Source: Candidatus Altimarinota bacterium
GTDB taxonomy: Bacteria > Patescibacteriota > Gracilibacteria > UBA1369
Reading direction: 5' to 3'
Length of the DNA: 32,000 bases
NCBI GenBank assembly: GCA_041659405.1
Contig: JBAZYK010000013.1
Coordinates: 1 to 32,000, forward strand
Translations under genes and position numbers: made by a program
In this document: one piece after another, positions 8,742 to 18,344 of the stretch
How the letters are laid out: every line of letters starts with the position of its first letter
Numbering within the stretch: position 1 is the stretch's first letter
The notes under the pieces: generated by a model
Seen by the model: only the letters and a program-made list of their open reading frames with translations
The model's database searches: none
Told to the model about the DNA's origin: nothing

Positions 8742-9455
8742 ATGCACCTAATCTACCTCGACACCGAAACCACCGGTCTGGACCCAAACGCCCGACTTGT
8801 TCAGCTAGCCTACAAAACTTCCGCGACCGGCGAAGCGTTGAATGAGTACTTCAAGCCACCAATTCCAATTTCGTTTGGGGCGATGTCCATGCATCATATT
8901 ACCGAAAAAAAGGTCGCCGATAAGCCGGTTTTTAAGGATAGCGCGGCGCAGGCCAGGTTAATTGCGCTGCTTGCGGAAGGCCATATTCTCGTTGCCCACA
9001 ACGCCGCTTTTGATATTCATATTTTGAAAAATGAGGATGTAACAATCGGTCAGCACATTGATACTTTGCGATTGGCCAAACATCTTGTAACAAGCGAACA
9101 GTACAAGCTTCAGTATTTAAGATATTTTTTGGATTTGGATGCAGAGGGTTTGCCGCATGACGCGGAAGGGGACGTGATGGTCTTGGAAGCTTTATTTAAC
9201 CGTTTACGTTCGTTGACCCAGGAAAAATTTACGCTAGCAGGTGATGACGAAGTCCTGACGAAAATGTTGGAACTAAGCCAAACACCGGTTTTACTTAAAA
9301 CTTTTGGTTTTGGAAAACACATCAATAAAACCTTTGAAGAGGTGAGTTTCTCCGATCGCGGTTATTTGGAATGGTTGTACGGCAGCGAATCCAAGAAAAA
9401 CAAATCCGACCAGGACGAAGATCTGGTTCACACTTTGAAGTATTATTTAAAATAG
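8742..9455 (+). CDS. DEDDh 3'-5' exonuclease (DNA polymerase III epsilon-like)
   Basis: LDTETTGL (ExoI), LVAHNAAFDIHIL (ExoII), LPHDAEGDVMV (ExoIII, HD). Confidence 0.85.
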   Translation: MHLIYLDTETTGLDPNARLVQLAYKTSATGEALNEYFKPPIPISFGAMSMHHITEKKVADKPVFKDSAAQARLIALLAEGHILVAHNAAFDIHILKNEDVTIGQHIDTLRLAKHLVTSEQYKLQYLRYFLDLDAEGLPHDAEGDVMVLEALFNRLRSLTQEKFTLAGDDEVLTKMLELSQTPVLLKTFGFGKHINKTFEEVSFSDRGYLEWLYGSESKKNKSDQDEDLVHTLKYYLK

Positions 9456-9557
9456 GGCCGATAAACCTTGAAAATCTAAGGAGTTGGGTCCAAAACCGTG
9501 AATTTATGGTCATTTTAGCTACATTTTTACGTTTATGTTGTCAAAACCGTGAAAAAC

Positions 9558-12500
9558 CTATAATCCTTCCCCCGCCATTTCGTAATCCTGCGCGGTAAAT
9601 TCGGGGGCACCGGCGTCAAAATTATCGGAATCATTTTTTGGCTTGGTCCATTCCGCCAAAAGATTATCAACAAAACACTGGATTCCTTCCACATTTTTTT
9701 CGTAATCGGTCACATCCGGAAAATCCAAATCCACAATCTTGCGATACACCACTTGAATCAGTTTTTTCATTTTCTCGGTTTCTTCTTCCGAAATGTTCAG
9801 CTCTAAAAGTTTGATTTCGTCATTGATCGGTTGCAAAAATTCCAGAAAGCCATTTCTGACCTTATAGCGGCCCTTAAAGTCGCGCGCGTTTTCTACCAGA
9901 ATTTTATAAAAAATCAGCTGATTCCTGTTTTTCCAGGCTTTAATTTTTTCAAAATCCTGTTTGCCCTGCCAATCTTGCAGTGGTTTTCCGGTCTTGTAAT
10001 CAAAAACCAGAATCTCTTTTTTATCTTCGTCGTATCTGATCCTGTCGATTTTACCGGTTATCTCCGCCTTTCCAAGCACGACTCCCTGTTGTTGAAAATC
10101 AAATTCGGCCTGGTCTTTCGCATTAAAATCCGCGCGCCTTTTCTCGTAATAAATTTTCAAATGATCCCGCCCTTTTTCTAATAAATGGGCAAAATCTTTT
10201 TGATTCAGTCTTTGTTTAAGCAATGATTTTTCAAATTCTTGAAGCAAGAATTCGAGTTCGGGAACTTCGTTTGTCCGCTTCATTGTCACCAAAAGTTCCT
10301 GAAGCGCCGCGTGCATGGCCGATCCAAAAGCATTCGATGTAGTCAGTTTTTGCGGAAATTTTAAAAGATTCTGTTCCAAAAATTTTTGCGGGCCGCCATC
10401 AACAATATTCAAAAAATTATTCAAATGCGTAACACTCAATTTGTAGTTTTTGATCAGTCCTTTCAGCAAATCATTCTCATCAATATTTCGCACTTCATGG
10501 CGGGACACCTCAAACTGAAGTTCCAAAAGTTTTTCGAGCCCCTTATTTGCCGCATACTCTTCACGATAACCCTCAACCTGTTCCAGACTGATATTTTCAC
10601 GTTTTTTCTTTTCGAACTCGCCCTCTTCCAAAAATCTTAACCTGATTTGTTCATTTCCTTTTGGACTATAAATGTGACGACACAGGTAAAGATTTCTTTT
10701 GGCACGGGTCAAAGTCACGTAAAAAAGCCGCAAAGGGTCTTCCACACTATCACTTTCCGGCGACAAAGGAATATTTGCCGGAAACGAAAGTTTATCGCTT
10801 TTGCGATCAATCCAAAAATCTTCCTGACAATGCAAAACAAAAACATTTTCAAATTCCAGGCCTTTTGCCTTGTGCGCGGTCATCAAATTAACCGCTTTCT
10901 CCTCATCATTAAAGGCACTCTTGTGATGCATGGAAAGGTGGTGAGTCTCGTGCAGCTCCACAAATTCAACCACATCTTTTACAGTCAAAGTTTCGGTCCC
11001 GCGATGTTGTCTGATTTTTTTAACGAAAGCCTGCAAGCTCTGCAGAAAGTCCAAATAATCCAGTCTGGAATTCTCAAAACGCTCATTGCTGAAATAATAT
11101 TTTTTGTAAGGACTTTGAAATTTCGAGGATGGCTCCGTGAAGCCAGACTCCTCTTTAGGAAGAGCCATCCCATCTTCATCAAGCAAATTCTTTTCCTGCG
11201 TCGATCCCGTAATCAGATCAATAATTTCCTCAGCGGTTCCCGCTTTTGCCGCAATCCCCAGATCAAGAAAAAATTCAGCGATCGCTTTAATCTTTTCATT
11301 ATCGCTGGAAAGCATTACTTCCATCCAAAGTTTGCGCTCATGTGAAGCCTGAACCGAAATTTTCCAGACCTCAAGCCGTTCAATTCCCCAAAACTCAAAA
11401 CTCAAAATCTCCGGCAAAAAATCATCGGCTTCCTTTTGCCCCTTTAAAAGCATGGTACTAACAAAGCGCAGCATCAAAATAATTTCACGCAGATGTTTTT
11501 GCTCGAGCAGATCTTTTTTTCGTTCATAAGCCACCGGTATCCCAAAATAATCCAGTACCTTAGCGGTTTCTTCCAGAATCTTATGTTTTGGCGCGATCAC
11601 CGCAATTTCCGAAGGCGGAACTTTTTCCACCTCAATTTTATGTTTGATAGTTTCGGCGATCCAGGCCAACTCTTCAAACCCAGTCTGGAACTCTTTTTCC
11701 AGGATTTCGCCATTCGTTAATTTGGTATTTGCGGATTGAAGTTCTTTTTTAATCTGATCGGGGAGTCGCGCTTCCAGTCTTTCATTCCCGGTAAGAATAA
11801 TTTTTCGAACAAGGTCAAGGATCGGCTGCGTGGAGCGATAATTCTTCTGCAGCACAACCAGTTCCGGATTCAAATATTTTTGGTGAAAATTCAGAATATT
11901 TTCCAAATTCGCGCCCTGAAACTTATAAATAGCCTGATCATCATCACCAACCGCCAAAATATTTGGCCTTCTTTCATTCACTTCGGCATCCAGCAGCAGA
12001 TCCAAAAGTTGCATCTGCACCGCGTTCGTATCCTGAAATTCATCAACCAAAACATACAAATATCTTTCCTGAAGGTTGTAACGCAGCTCCGGATTTTTAG
12101 CGATAACTTCCGCGGTATCCATCAACATATCATCAAAATCAAAATAGCCTTCTTTGCGCAGCTCCTGCTGATATTTCTCGTAAATCTCACACAGTTCAAA
12201 ATGCTTTTTAATATTTTCCAGTTCTTTCAAAGACGGCAAATTTTGATCGTTCTTTTTTAAATATTCATTTTTCCAAACGGTAATTGGCTTTGTATCGGGC
12301 TTTTCGCCACTCATAGAATCTCCAAAAGCCAGCTCCAGACTGTCAATCAATTGAGTCCCGATTGGTTTATAAGGCAAAACCTTGGTCCTTGGCTGCATTG
12401 GGACATTTTTCAACTTTTCCAGAAGTCCGGCAATTTGTTCGAGTGTCTTTTTGCTCATTCTTGCGCTAAAAATCTCCGGAAAAAATCCATTCACCTGTTC

Positions 12501-13043
12501 CAGATAATTTTTATTTTCTTTCAGAATTTCCCGCAGTGTCTTTGGATCAAGCCCGCCTTTTTTCAGTTCACCGATTTTTTTGATGATGTCACGAAGGTAC
12601 GTATAGCCCTGTTCCGGATTATAGGATCTTAGCAGCGTGTCGTGCTTTAACGCCTCCAAGATTTTTTCCACAATTTTATACTGAACCAGTTCATCGGCAG
12701 GATTAAAAGAAGCCCCCTGATAAAAAAACTCCGGATTTCGGTTAATGATTTCCGAACCAAAACTATGAAAAGTGTGAATGGCCACCCTATAAGCTTCCTG
12801 CCCAATCAGACCGGCAAGCCTTTTGCGCATGTTTACAGCCGCCGAATCGGTAAAAGTAAGACAAAGTATGGAAGAGGGAAGTGTATCCGTAGAACGCAAA
12901 ATATTGGCAACCCTTAAACTTAAAAGCTCCGTTTTGCCGGATCCCGGCCCCGCAATCACCAAAACCGGCCCATCTATTGTATCCACAGCCCTTTTCTGCT
13001 CGGCATTCAGGTTCTGATATCTTTCTGAAAAGTGATTATTCAT
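9558..13043 (-). CDS. UvrD/PcrA/AddA-like SF1 helicase with C-terminal PD-(D/E)XK nuclease-like domain
   Basis: 1161 aa; GPGSGKTELL (Walker A), LVDEFQDTN, GDDDQAIYKFQGA, YRST, VNLMTAHKAKGLEFENVFV. C-terminus GKIDRIRY...ILVFDYKTGK fits a RecB/AddB-type nuclease core. Confidence 0.9.
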   Translation of the reverse strand: MNNHFSERYQNLNAEQKRAVDTIDGPVLVIAGPGSGKTELLSLRVANILRSTDTLPSSILCLTFTDSAAVNMRKRLAGLIGQEAYRVAIHTFHSFGSEIINRNPEFFYQGASFNPADELVQYKIVEKILEALKHDTLLRSYNPEQGYTYLRDIIKKIGELKKGGLDPKTLREILKENKNYLEQVNGFFPEIFSARMSKKTLEQIAGLLEKLKNVPMQPRTKVLPYKPIGTQLIDSLELAFGDSMSGEKPDTKPITVWKNEYLKKNDQNLPSLKELENIKKHFELCEIYEKYQQELRKEGYFDFDDMLMDTAEVIAKNPELRYNLQERYLYVLVDEFQDTNAVQMQLLDLLLDAEVNERRPNILAVGDDDQAIYKFQGANLENILNFHQKYLNPELVVLQKNYRSTQPILDLVRKIILTGNERLEARLPDQIKKELQSANTKLTNGEILEKEFQTGFEELAWIAETIKHKIEVEKVPPSEIAVIAPKHKILEETAKVLDYFGIPVAYERKKDLLEQKHLREIILMLRFVSTMLLKGQKEADDFLPEILSFEFWGIERLEVWKISVQASHERKLWMEVMLSSDNEKIKAIAEFFLDLGIAAKAGTAEEIIDLITGSTQEKNLLDEDGMALPKEESGFTEPSSKFQSPYKKYYFSNERFENSRLDYLDFLQSLQAFVKKIRQHRGTETLTVKDVVEFVELHETHHLSMHHKSAFNDEEKAVNLMTAHKAKGLEFENVFVLHCQEDFWIDRKSDKLSFPANIPLSPESDSVEDPLRLFYVTLTRAKRNLYLCRHIYSPKGNEQIRLRFLEEGEFEKKKRENISLEQVEGYREEYAANKGLEKLLELQFEVSRHEVRNIDENDLLKGLIKNYKLSVTHLNNFLNIVDGGPQKFLEQNLLKFPQKLTTSNAFGSAMHAALQELLVTMKRTNEVPELEFLLQEFEKSLLKQRLNQKDFAHLLEKGRDHLKIYYEKRRADFNAKDQAEFDFQQQGVVLGKAEITGKIDRIRYDEDKKEILVFDYKTGKPLQDWQGKQDFEKIKAWKNRNQLIFYKILVENARDFKGRYKVRNGFLEFLQPINDEIKLLELNISEEETEKMKKLIQVVYRKIVDLDFPDVTDYEKNVEGIQCFVDNLLAEWTKPKNDSDNFDAGAPEFTAQDYEMAGEGL

Positions 13044-13105
13044 TATTTAGTTTAAATTTTGTCGCTACTGGGCTATATTCTATCAGGCTTTTTTGATTAC
13101 TGCAT

Positions 13106-14563
13106 ATGTTTGAACAATCCTTTAAAAATATCGACGATATTCTCCACAAAGATGCCGGTGCATCAAGTGAGCTTGATTACGTAGAACAGACCTCGTGGAT
13201 CCTTTTTTTGAAGTATCTTGATGACCTGGAAAAGGATAAAAAGACCGAAGCATCGCTTGCCGGGAAAAAATATAAAGATATTATTGATCCAAAGTTTCGT
13301 TGGGAAGTTTGGGCTGCGCCAAGAACTACAGATGGTAAATTAGACCATCACAAAGCCCTTTCAGGCGATGATTTAAAAGATTTTGTTGATCACCAGCTTT
13401 TTCCATATCTCAAAAAATTCAAGTCGGAAGCCGAAAGTCCGGACACCATTCAATATAAAATTGGTGAAATTTTTAGTGAGATCAAAAACAAGATCCAGAG
13501 CGGCTACAACCTGCGTGAAGTTTTGAATATTATTGACAGTATGCGCTTTCGTTCGCAGACAGAAAAGCACGAACTTTCGCACCTGTATGAAGGAAAAATT
13601 AAGAATATGGGTAATGCCGGCAGAAATGGCGGAGAATACTACACTCCACGTCCGCTTATTAAAACGATTGTTAAGGTTGTCGCTCCAAAAATCGGCGATA
13701 AAATTTACGATGGAGCCGTTGGTTCCGCGGGATTTTTGGTGGAAGCTTTTGAGTATCTTAAGCAGAGCAAGGATCTTTCCACGCATGACATGGAGATTCT
13801 GCAGAAAAAGACCTTTTACGGCAAAGAGAAAAAGTCCCTCGCTTACGTTATTGGCATCATGAACATGGTTTTGCATGGAATTGAAGCGCCAAACATTATT
13901 CACACCAACACTCTTGCCGAAAACCTAGCCGATATTCAGGAAAAAGATCGTTATGATGTTGTCCTGGCTAATCCGCCATTTGGTGGCAAAGAAAGGGCCG
14001 AAGTCCAACAAAATTTCCCCATAAAAACCGGAGAAACTGCGTTTCTGTTTCTTCAGCATTTTATAAAAATTCTAAAAGCCGGTGGCAAGGCGGGCGTTGT
14101 CATTAAAAATACTTTCCTTTCCAATACGGATAACGCCTCTGTTTCCCTCCGCAAGTTGTTGCTGGAAAGCTGCAATCTGCACAGCGTTCTGGATTTGCCC
14201 GGTGGAACCTTCACAGGCGCAGGCGTAAAAACAGTTATTTTGTTTTTCCAAAAAGGCACACCAACCAAGAAAGTTTGGTTTTACCAGCTAAACCTTGACC
14301 GCAATCTAGGCAAAACCAATCCACTTAACGAAAAAGACCTGGAAAAATTCGTGGAACTGCAAAAGACCAAAGCAGACAGCGAAAATTCATGGACGATAGA
14401 CGTCTCAAAAATTGACCAAAAAACTTTCGATCTATCGGTGAAAAACCCAAACAAAGGCGAAGAAGCCGCTTTGCGTGATCCAAAAGAAATTTTGGAGGAA
14501 ATGGGGAAATTGGATAAAGAAAGTGAGCAGATTTTGAAGAAAATTGAGGGGTTTATTTCGTAG
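13106..14563 (+). CDS. hsdM: Type I restriction-modification system, DNA methyltransferase subunit
   Basis: 485 aa; GEYYTPRPLI, VGSAGFLV, ANPPFGG (NPPF motif) and the HsdM N-terminal region. Confidence 0.95.
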   Translation: MFEQSFKNIDDILHKDAGASSELDYVEQTSWILFLKYLDDLEKDKKTEASLAGKKYKDIIDPKFRWEVWAAPRTTDGKLDHHKALSGDDLKDFVDHQLFPYLKKFKSEAESPDTIQYKIGEIFSEIKNKIQSGYNLREVLNIIDSMRFRSQTEKHELSHLYEGKIKNMGNAGRNGGEYYTPRPLIKTIVKVVAPKIGDKIYDGAVGSAGFLVEAFEYLKQSKDLSTHDMEILQKKTFYGKEKKSLAYVIGIMNMVLHGIEAPNIIHTNTLAENLADIQEKDRYDVVLANPPFGGKERAEVQQNFPIKTGETAFLFLQHFIKILKAGGKAGVVIKNTFLSNTDNASVSLRKLLLESCNLHSVLDLPGGTFTGAGVKTVILFFQKGTPTKKVWFYQLNLDRNLGKTNPLNEKDLEKFVELQKTKADSENSWTIDVSKIDQKTFDLSVKNPNKGEEAALRDPKEILEEMGKLDKESEQILKKIEGFIS

Positions 14564-14629
14564 AAATCTGGTTTGAAATTGGCTAATTGCGGACTTATAA
14601 TTCATTTTTATACAAAATTTCGTATAATC

Positions 14630-14657
14630 TTGACTTATATTTCTATTTTGATATACT
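14630..14657 (+). promoter_or_regulatory. Candidate sigma70-type promoter internal to the R-M locus, upstream of the RloA-like gene
   Basis: TTGACT-16 nt-TATACT, ~33 nt upstream of the ATG at 14691. Confidence 0.55.
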
Positions 14658-14690
14658 GTTTGTGTAATATAAGTAATAACTTATCATCAA

Positions 14691-15893
14691 ATGATACATT
14701 CATTTTCCTGCAAAAATTTCTACTCATTTGCCGAATATGCCAGCGTAAAATTTTTAGTGAACGATAAGGTTCCCGCAAAAGAAGCATATTTAAAATCAGA
14801 ATCAGGCGAACGTGTGTCCAAGGCTATGGTCGTTATAGGTCCAAATGCATCCGGTAAAACCAATTTGCTCAAAATTCCGCCGTTTTTAAAATGGTTGATT
14901 GTGGATTCTTTTAATACTAAGCCGGAAGATGAAATACCAATTAAGCCTTTTTTATTTCGTGATTTAGAAAATAAACCAACTGAGTTGTCCGTTGAATTTG
15001 AAATGAATGGCGATATTTATTCTTACTTTTTTGCTCTTTCCGCAAAACGAATTATCAAAGAGGAGTTAAAGGTGAAAAATAAAACCAAACAGAAAACGAC
15101 CACTAAAACTCTTTTTGTTCGTAACTGGAATGAAAAACAACAACAATATGAGTTAAACGATAAAAATTTTAATTTGCCCAAAGGATTTGAAAATGAAAAC
15201 TTTTTACGCTCCAACGCCAGCCTTATTGGCTCCGCCATGCGCTTAAATCATGAACTTAGCCAGGAGATTGGGAAATATTGGCAAAAAATTGAATCAAATG
15301 TTTATGAAGGTGGTCTTCGCACAAATCATATGCACGATTTTCGTGAAGCATTGTCTTTTTTTAGCGATAACGAACCTTTAAAAAAAGAAGCGGAAAAACT
15401 TTTGGCCCGCTACGATATAGGTTTGGAGGCATTTAATATTACAAAAGAAAAAAAAGAAGGGCGCACGCGCGTCGATGCACGCGCGGTACATTCCTTTTCG
15501 GGTCACAAATATGAGTTGCCGATTGAGTATGAATCGTCCGGAACACGCCAGCTTTTCATTCTTTTAAGTACAATTTTACAGGTTTTATCAAATGGAGGGA
15601 TAGCAGTATTGGATGAATTTGATGTTAATCTTCATCCTGACATGGTGTCGGCCTTATTCGATCTTTTTGTTTCACCAGCTACGAATCCCCATAACGCCCA
15701 AATTATTTTCAGTACGCACAGCCATCGCATTTTGAGCGAATTAGACAAATACCAGATTATTTTGACTGAAAAAAATGAGAATGGCAGCAGTGAAGCTTGG
15801 CGATTGGACGAAATGTCCGGTGTGCGTGCGGATGATAATTATTACACCAAATACATTGCCGGAGCATACGGCGCTATACCAAAAATTGATTAA
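14691..15893 (+). CDS. AAA/ABC-type ATPase, RloA-like (AAA_15/AAA_21 type)
   Basis: 400 aa; Walker A GPNASGKT, signature ESSGTRQLF, Walker B GIAVLDEFDVNLHP, STHSHRIL, C-terminal TKYIAGAYGAIPKI. Followed immediately by an RloB-like gene. Confidence 0.85.
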   Translation: MIHSFSCKNFYSFAEYASVKFLVNDKVPAKEAYLKSESGERVSKAMVVIGPNASGKTNLLKIPPFLKWLIVDSFNTKPEDEIPIKPFLFRDLENKPTELSVEFEMNGDIYSYFFALSAKRIIKEELKVKNKTKQKTTTKTLFVRNWNEKQQQYELNDKNFNLPKGFENENFLRSNASLIGSAMRLNHELSQEIGKYWQKIESNVYEGGLRTNHMHDFREALSFFSDNEPLKKEAEKLLARYDIGLEAFNITKEKKEGRTRVDARAVHSFSGHKYELPIEYESSGTRQLFILLSTILQVLSNGGIAVLDEFDVNLHPDMVSALFDLFVSPATNPHNAQIIFSTHSHRILSELDKYQIILTEKNENGSSEAWRLDEMSGVRADDNYYTKYIAGAYGAIPKID

Positions 15894-15904
15894 CCCGCTC
15901 CGTC

Positions 15905-16438
15905 ATGTCCAGATCAAACCCCTACAAGAAGGCAAAAAGAGAAGCAAAGAAAACCATTCTTTTCTATGGTGAAGGAGAGGCGGAAAGCATTTTCTTAAAA
16001 CATTTAAAGAAAATGTACGCCAATAATAGCGGAATTGCGGTAACAATTCGCAATGGACACGGGGGAACAGCCGAAATTATTGTTCATAAAGCCATTCAAT
16101 ATCCTGGTGATTTTGACAGGAGAGTTGTAGTGTTGGACAACGATAAGCTAAAGCAGGAAATGGAGCAGGCCAGAAAGTTAGCAGGGAAATGCGAAATTGA
16201 TTTAATAGAGAACACTCCATGTTTGGAAGCACTACTTCAGTCAATTGTGGACGGTGGTAAGCCAAAAATGAACAAAAGTTCAGCCCAATACAAGAAAAAT
16301 TTTGAAAAAAATCATATCTGCAAAGAAAAGCGTCTTGATCCAAGAGAATATGAAAAATTATTCACTATAAAATTATTGGATAAACGGCGGAAAGAGATAA
16401 AGAATCTGGAGGTGATTATTGGGTTTATGGAGGGGTGA
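15905..16438 (+). CDS. RloB-like protein (TOPRIM-type)
   Basis: 177 aa; TILFYGEGEAESIFLKHL, VVVLDNDKLKQ and ENTPCLEALLQ match the RloB/TOPRIM layout; 11 nt after the ATPase stop. Confidence 0.8.
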   Translation: MSRSNPYKKAKREAKKTILFYGEGEAESIFLKHLKKMYANNSGIAVTIRNGHGGTAEIIVHKAIQYPGDFDRRVVVLDNDKLKQEMEQARKLAGKCEIDLIENTPCLEALLQSIVDGGKPKMNKSSAQYKKNFEKNHICKEKRLDPREYEKLFTIKLLDKRRKEIKNLEVIIGFMEG

Positions 16439-16500
16439 TTTGAAGAAAGCAATGAGGATTAATCGCCACACTGAAAAATAAATAATTATTAAAAATTTAC

Positions 16501-17355
16501 ATGAGTAGAATATTTGATTTTAAAAAAAGATTTGGGCAAGAAGTAAATATTGATGACCTCAAAAAAGATTTTATAAACAAGATTAGCCATTTTTTAATGG
16601 AAGAGCTAGATGGAAAAATCGGTTCATTTTATAGTGACAGAACTAAATCTATTTTTGATTTTGTTGCTATGGAGTTTAGCTGTAATCCATCAAATTTGAT
16701 ACAAAAATACAATAGCAATAGTTTTGGCCCTACTCTCTCTAGGCCCACTTTTTCTATATTCTCTGGAAATGATTTTGAAAAAACGCTTTTATTGATTGAA
16801 GTTTTTTATGATTATTTCAGACGTTCTGACGACTATGAAAAAGAATTTTGGATAGAAGAAATCGATAAAACAGTACTATTAGCTCTTAGTCAGCCAATTT
16901 CGCTTGGTATTTCTTGGCGTAATGGTAGATTTTATCCAGAAGGGGTGAAAGAATTCGATGAGAAATTGATTTCAGATGTATTGATATGGCTTGAAAACAA
17001 ACCAAAAATCAAAGCACTTTATCAAAATGCTCTCGATCATTACTCTAAATCGATAAATGATCCAATTAAGAGGAAAGATGTGTTTAGTAATGCTTTTCAG
17101 GCTGTCGAAAAGCTTACAAAAGAATTTCTAGAAACTTCAACGAATGCTTTTGATAACAATTTTAACGCTTTAATAAAAAAACTCGACCTTCATAAAGAAT
17201 GGAGTAAAATATTTAATTCTTACAAGGAATTGAGTAAGGAGTTTGGTAGGCATGGTGGAAATAATGATAATTTTATTCCAGAACAAGCTGATACAGAAGC
17301 CTTTTTATATTTATCAGGATTAATTATGAGGCTAATTCTTCAAAAAATATTATGA
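16501..17355 (+). CDS. Unknown protein with Abi-C/HEPN-like C-terminal helical region; candidate defence protein
   Basis: 284 aa; C-terminus ...FNALIKKLDLHKEWSKIFNSYKELSKEFGRHGGNNDNFIPEQADTEAFLYLSGLIMRLIL resembles abortive-infection C-terminal (Abi_C) domains. Located inside the R-M locus. Confidence 0.55.
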   Translation: MSRIFDFKKRFGQEVNIDDLKKDFINKISHFLMEELDGKIGSFYSDRTKSIFDFVAMEFSCNPSNLIQKYNSNSFGPTLSRPTFSIFSGNDFEKTLLLIEVFYDYFRRSDDYEKEFWIEEIDKTVLLALSQPISLGISWRNGRFYPEGVKEFDEKLISDVLIWLENKPKIKALYQNALDHYSKSINDPIKRKDVFSNAFQAVEKLTKEFLETSTNAFDNNFNALIKKLDLHKEWSKIFNSYKELSKEFGRHGGNNDNFIPEQADTEAFLYLSGLIMRLILQKIL

Positions 17356-18335
17356 GTGAAAGATCAATTGAAGTAATTTCTATCCATTTCAATGTTCCGA
17401 GTCATTATTTACTGCTTAGTGAATTTATTGAAACAGCAAATGATGTAGAACAAATATTGCAAGAATTTAATTTTAAATTCTTTGATGCCAAACTTAATAT
17501 TCAGATTTTAGTTTTACCTCCAGAGGAGGGGAGTTTTCTTAAAAAACTGGGCATATTTTTTGCATTACCAGTTTGCGTTTTATCATGGGGGTTTCTAGAA
17601 AGCGACATAGGAAAAGCTTACATAAAAGGCCTAACAGGTAATGAACCTGCTTATTGGGCAGAAATTGCCGGTGAAGGTACCGCAAAGGAGTTAATAATTT
17701 TAAAAGAATCAGTTAAGGGGTTTCTAGAAAAAAATAATAACACTTTAGAGCAAGCTGGGATCAAAATTAATGAATTTCCATTTGCTTATAAGGCACGAAA
17801 TAATTTTTACAACATGTGCTTAAAAAGTGAGGAAATCTCAGGAGTAGAATTTAATAATTCTGGTTGTTTCGATATTAAAAGAGTTAATTTCCCTAACTAT
17901 TTTACAAAGGAAATTGATAAGCCAGATGGTAAAAAATCTAAATCTGTATTTAGGCTGCACAGACTAGTAATTGTTGCACCTGTTATAAGTGGAGGTAGTT
18001 CTGCTCAATGGAAGACGCGAGATGCAAAAACACTAAATCCATTAAATTTTTTTCTTAAGGATGAGGATTTTTATGATGGAATTTTATCCGGAAAATATCC
18101 GCTTAAAGAAACAGGAAACGACGATATTATCACAGTATGCATCGAATATAAAATACATGAAGAAAATGGACAAGAAAAAGTTTACGAAAGAAGTGCTATC
18201 AAAGTATACCAATTTAATAATATCAAGATAGCTGAGATTCCTACAGATCTAGAACTCATGGCATTTAAAGAATCAAAACATTTTGAAGATAAAGAAAAAG
18301 AAAATAGAAATGAAAATCAGCCTTCATTATTTTAA
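17352..18335 (+). CDS. Unknown protein with possible TM segment, translationally coupled to the preceding gene
   Basis: 327 aa; ATGA start/stop overlap with the 16501 ORF. Hydrophobic stretch LGIFFALPVCVLSWGFL after a conserved-looking LVLPPEEGSF; no recognised catalytic motif. Confidence 0.7.
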   Translation: MSERSIEVISIHFNVPSHYLLLSEFIETANDVEQILQEFNFKFFDAKLNIQILVLPPEEGSFLKKLGIFFALPVCVLSWGFLESDIGKAYIKGLTGNEPAYWAEIAGEGTAKELIILKESVKGFLEKNNNTLEQAGIKINEFPFAYKARNNFYNMCLKSEEISGVEFNNSGCFDIKRVNFPNYFTKEIDKPDGKKSKSVFRLHRLVIVAPVISGGSSAQWKTRDAKTLNPLNFFLKDEDFYDGILSGKYPLKETGNDDIITVCIEYKIHEENGQEKVYERSAIKVYQFNNIKIAEIPTDLELMAFKESKHFEDKEKENRNENQPSLF

Positions 18336-18344
18336 CTATAACCT

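Noticed and set aside
8278-8845. Plus-strand ORFs 8278..8547 and 8624..8845 and the N-terminal 64 aa of the 7591..8787 ORF
   Set aside because: The first is antisense to the Fic gene. The second overlaps the exonuclease start in another frame. The extended Fic N-terminus reads through intergenic sequence and overlaps the exonuclease; the start at 8595 is more sensible.
9831-13017. Many plus-strand ORFs opposite the helicase-nuclease (9831, 10386, 10647, 11736, 12351, etc.)
   Set aside because: The minus strand encodes a continuous 1161-aa protein with canonical helicase motifs; the plus-strand translations are low-complexity F/I/L/Q-rich shadows.
13373-14268. ORFs antisense to or out of frame with hsdM
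   Set aside because: Shadow ORFs of a gene with clear NPPF methyltransferase motifs.
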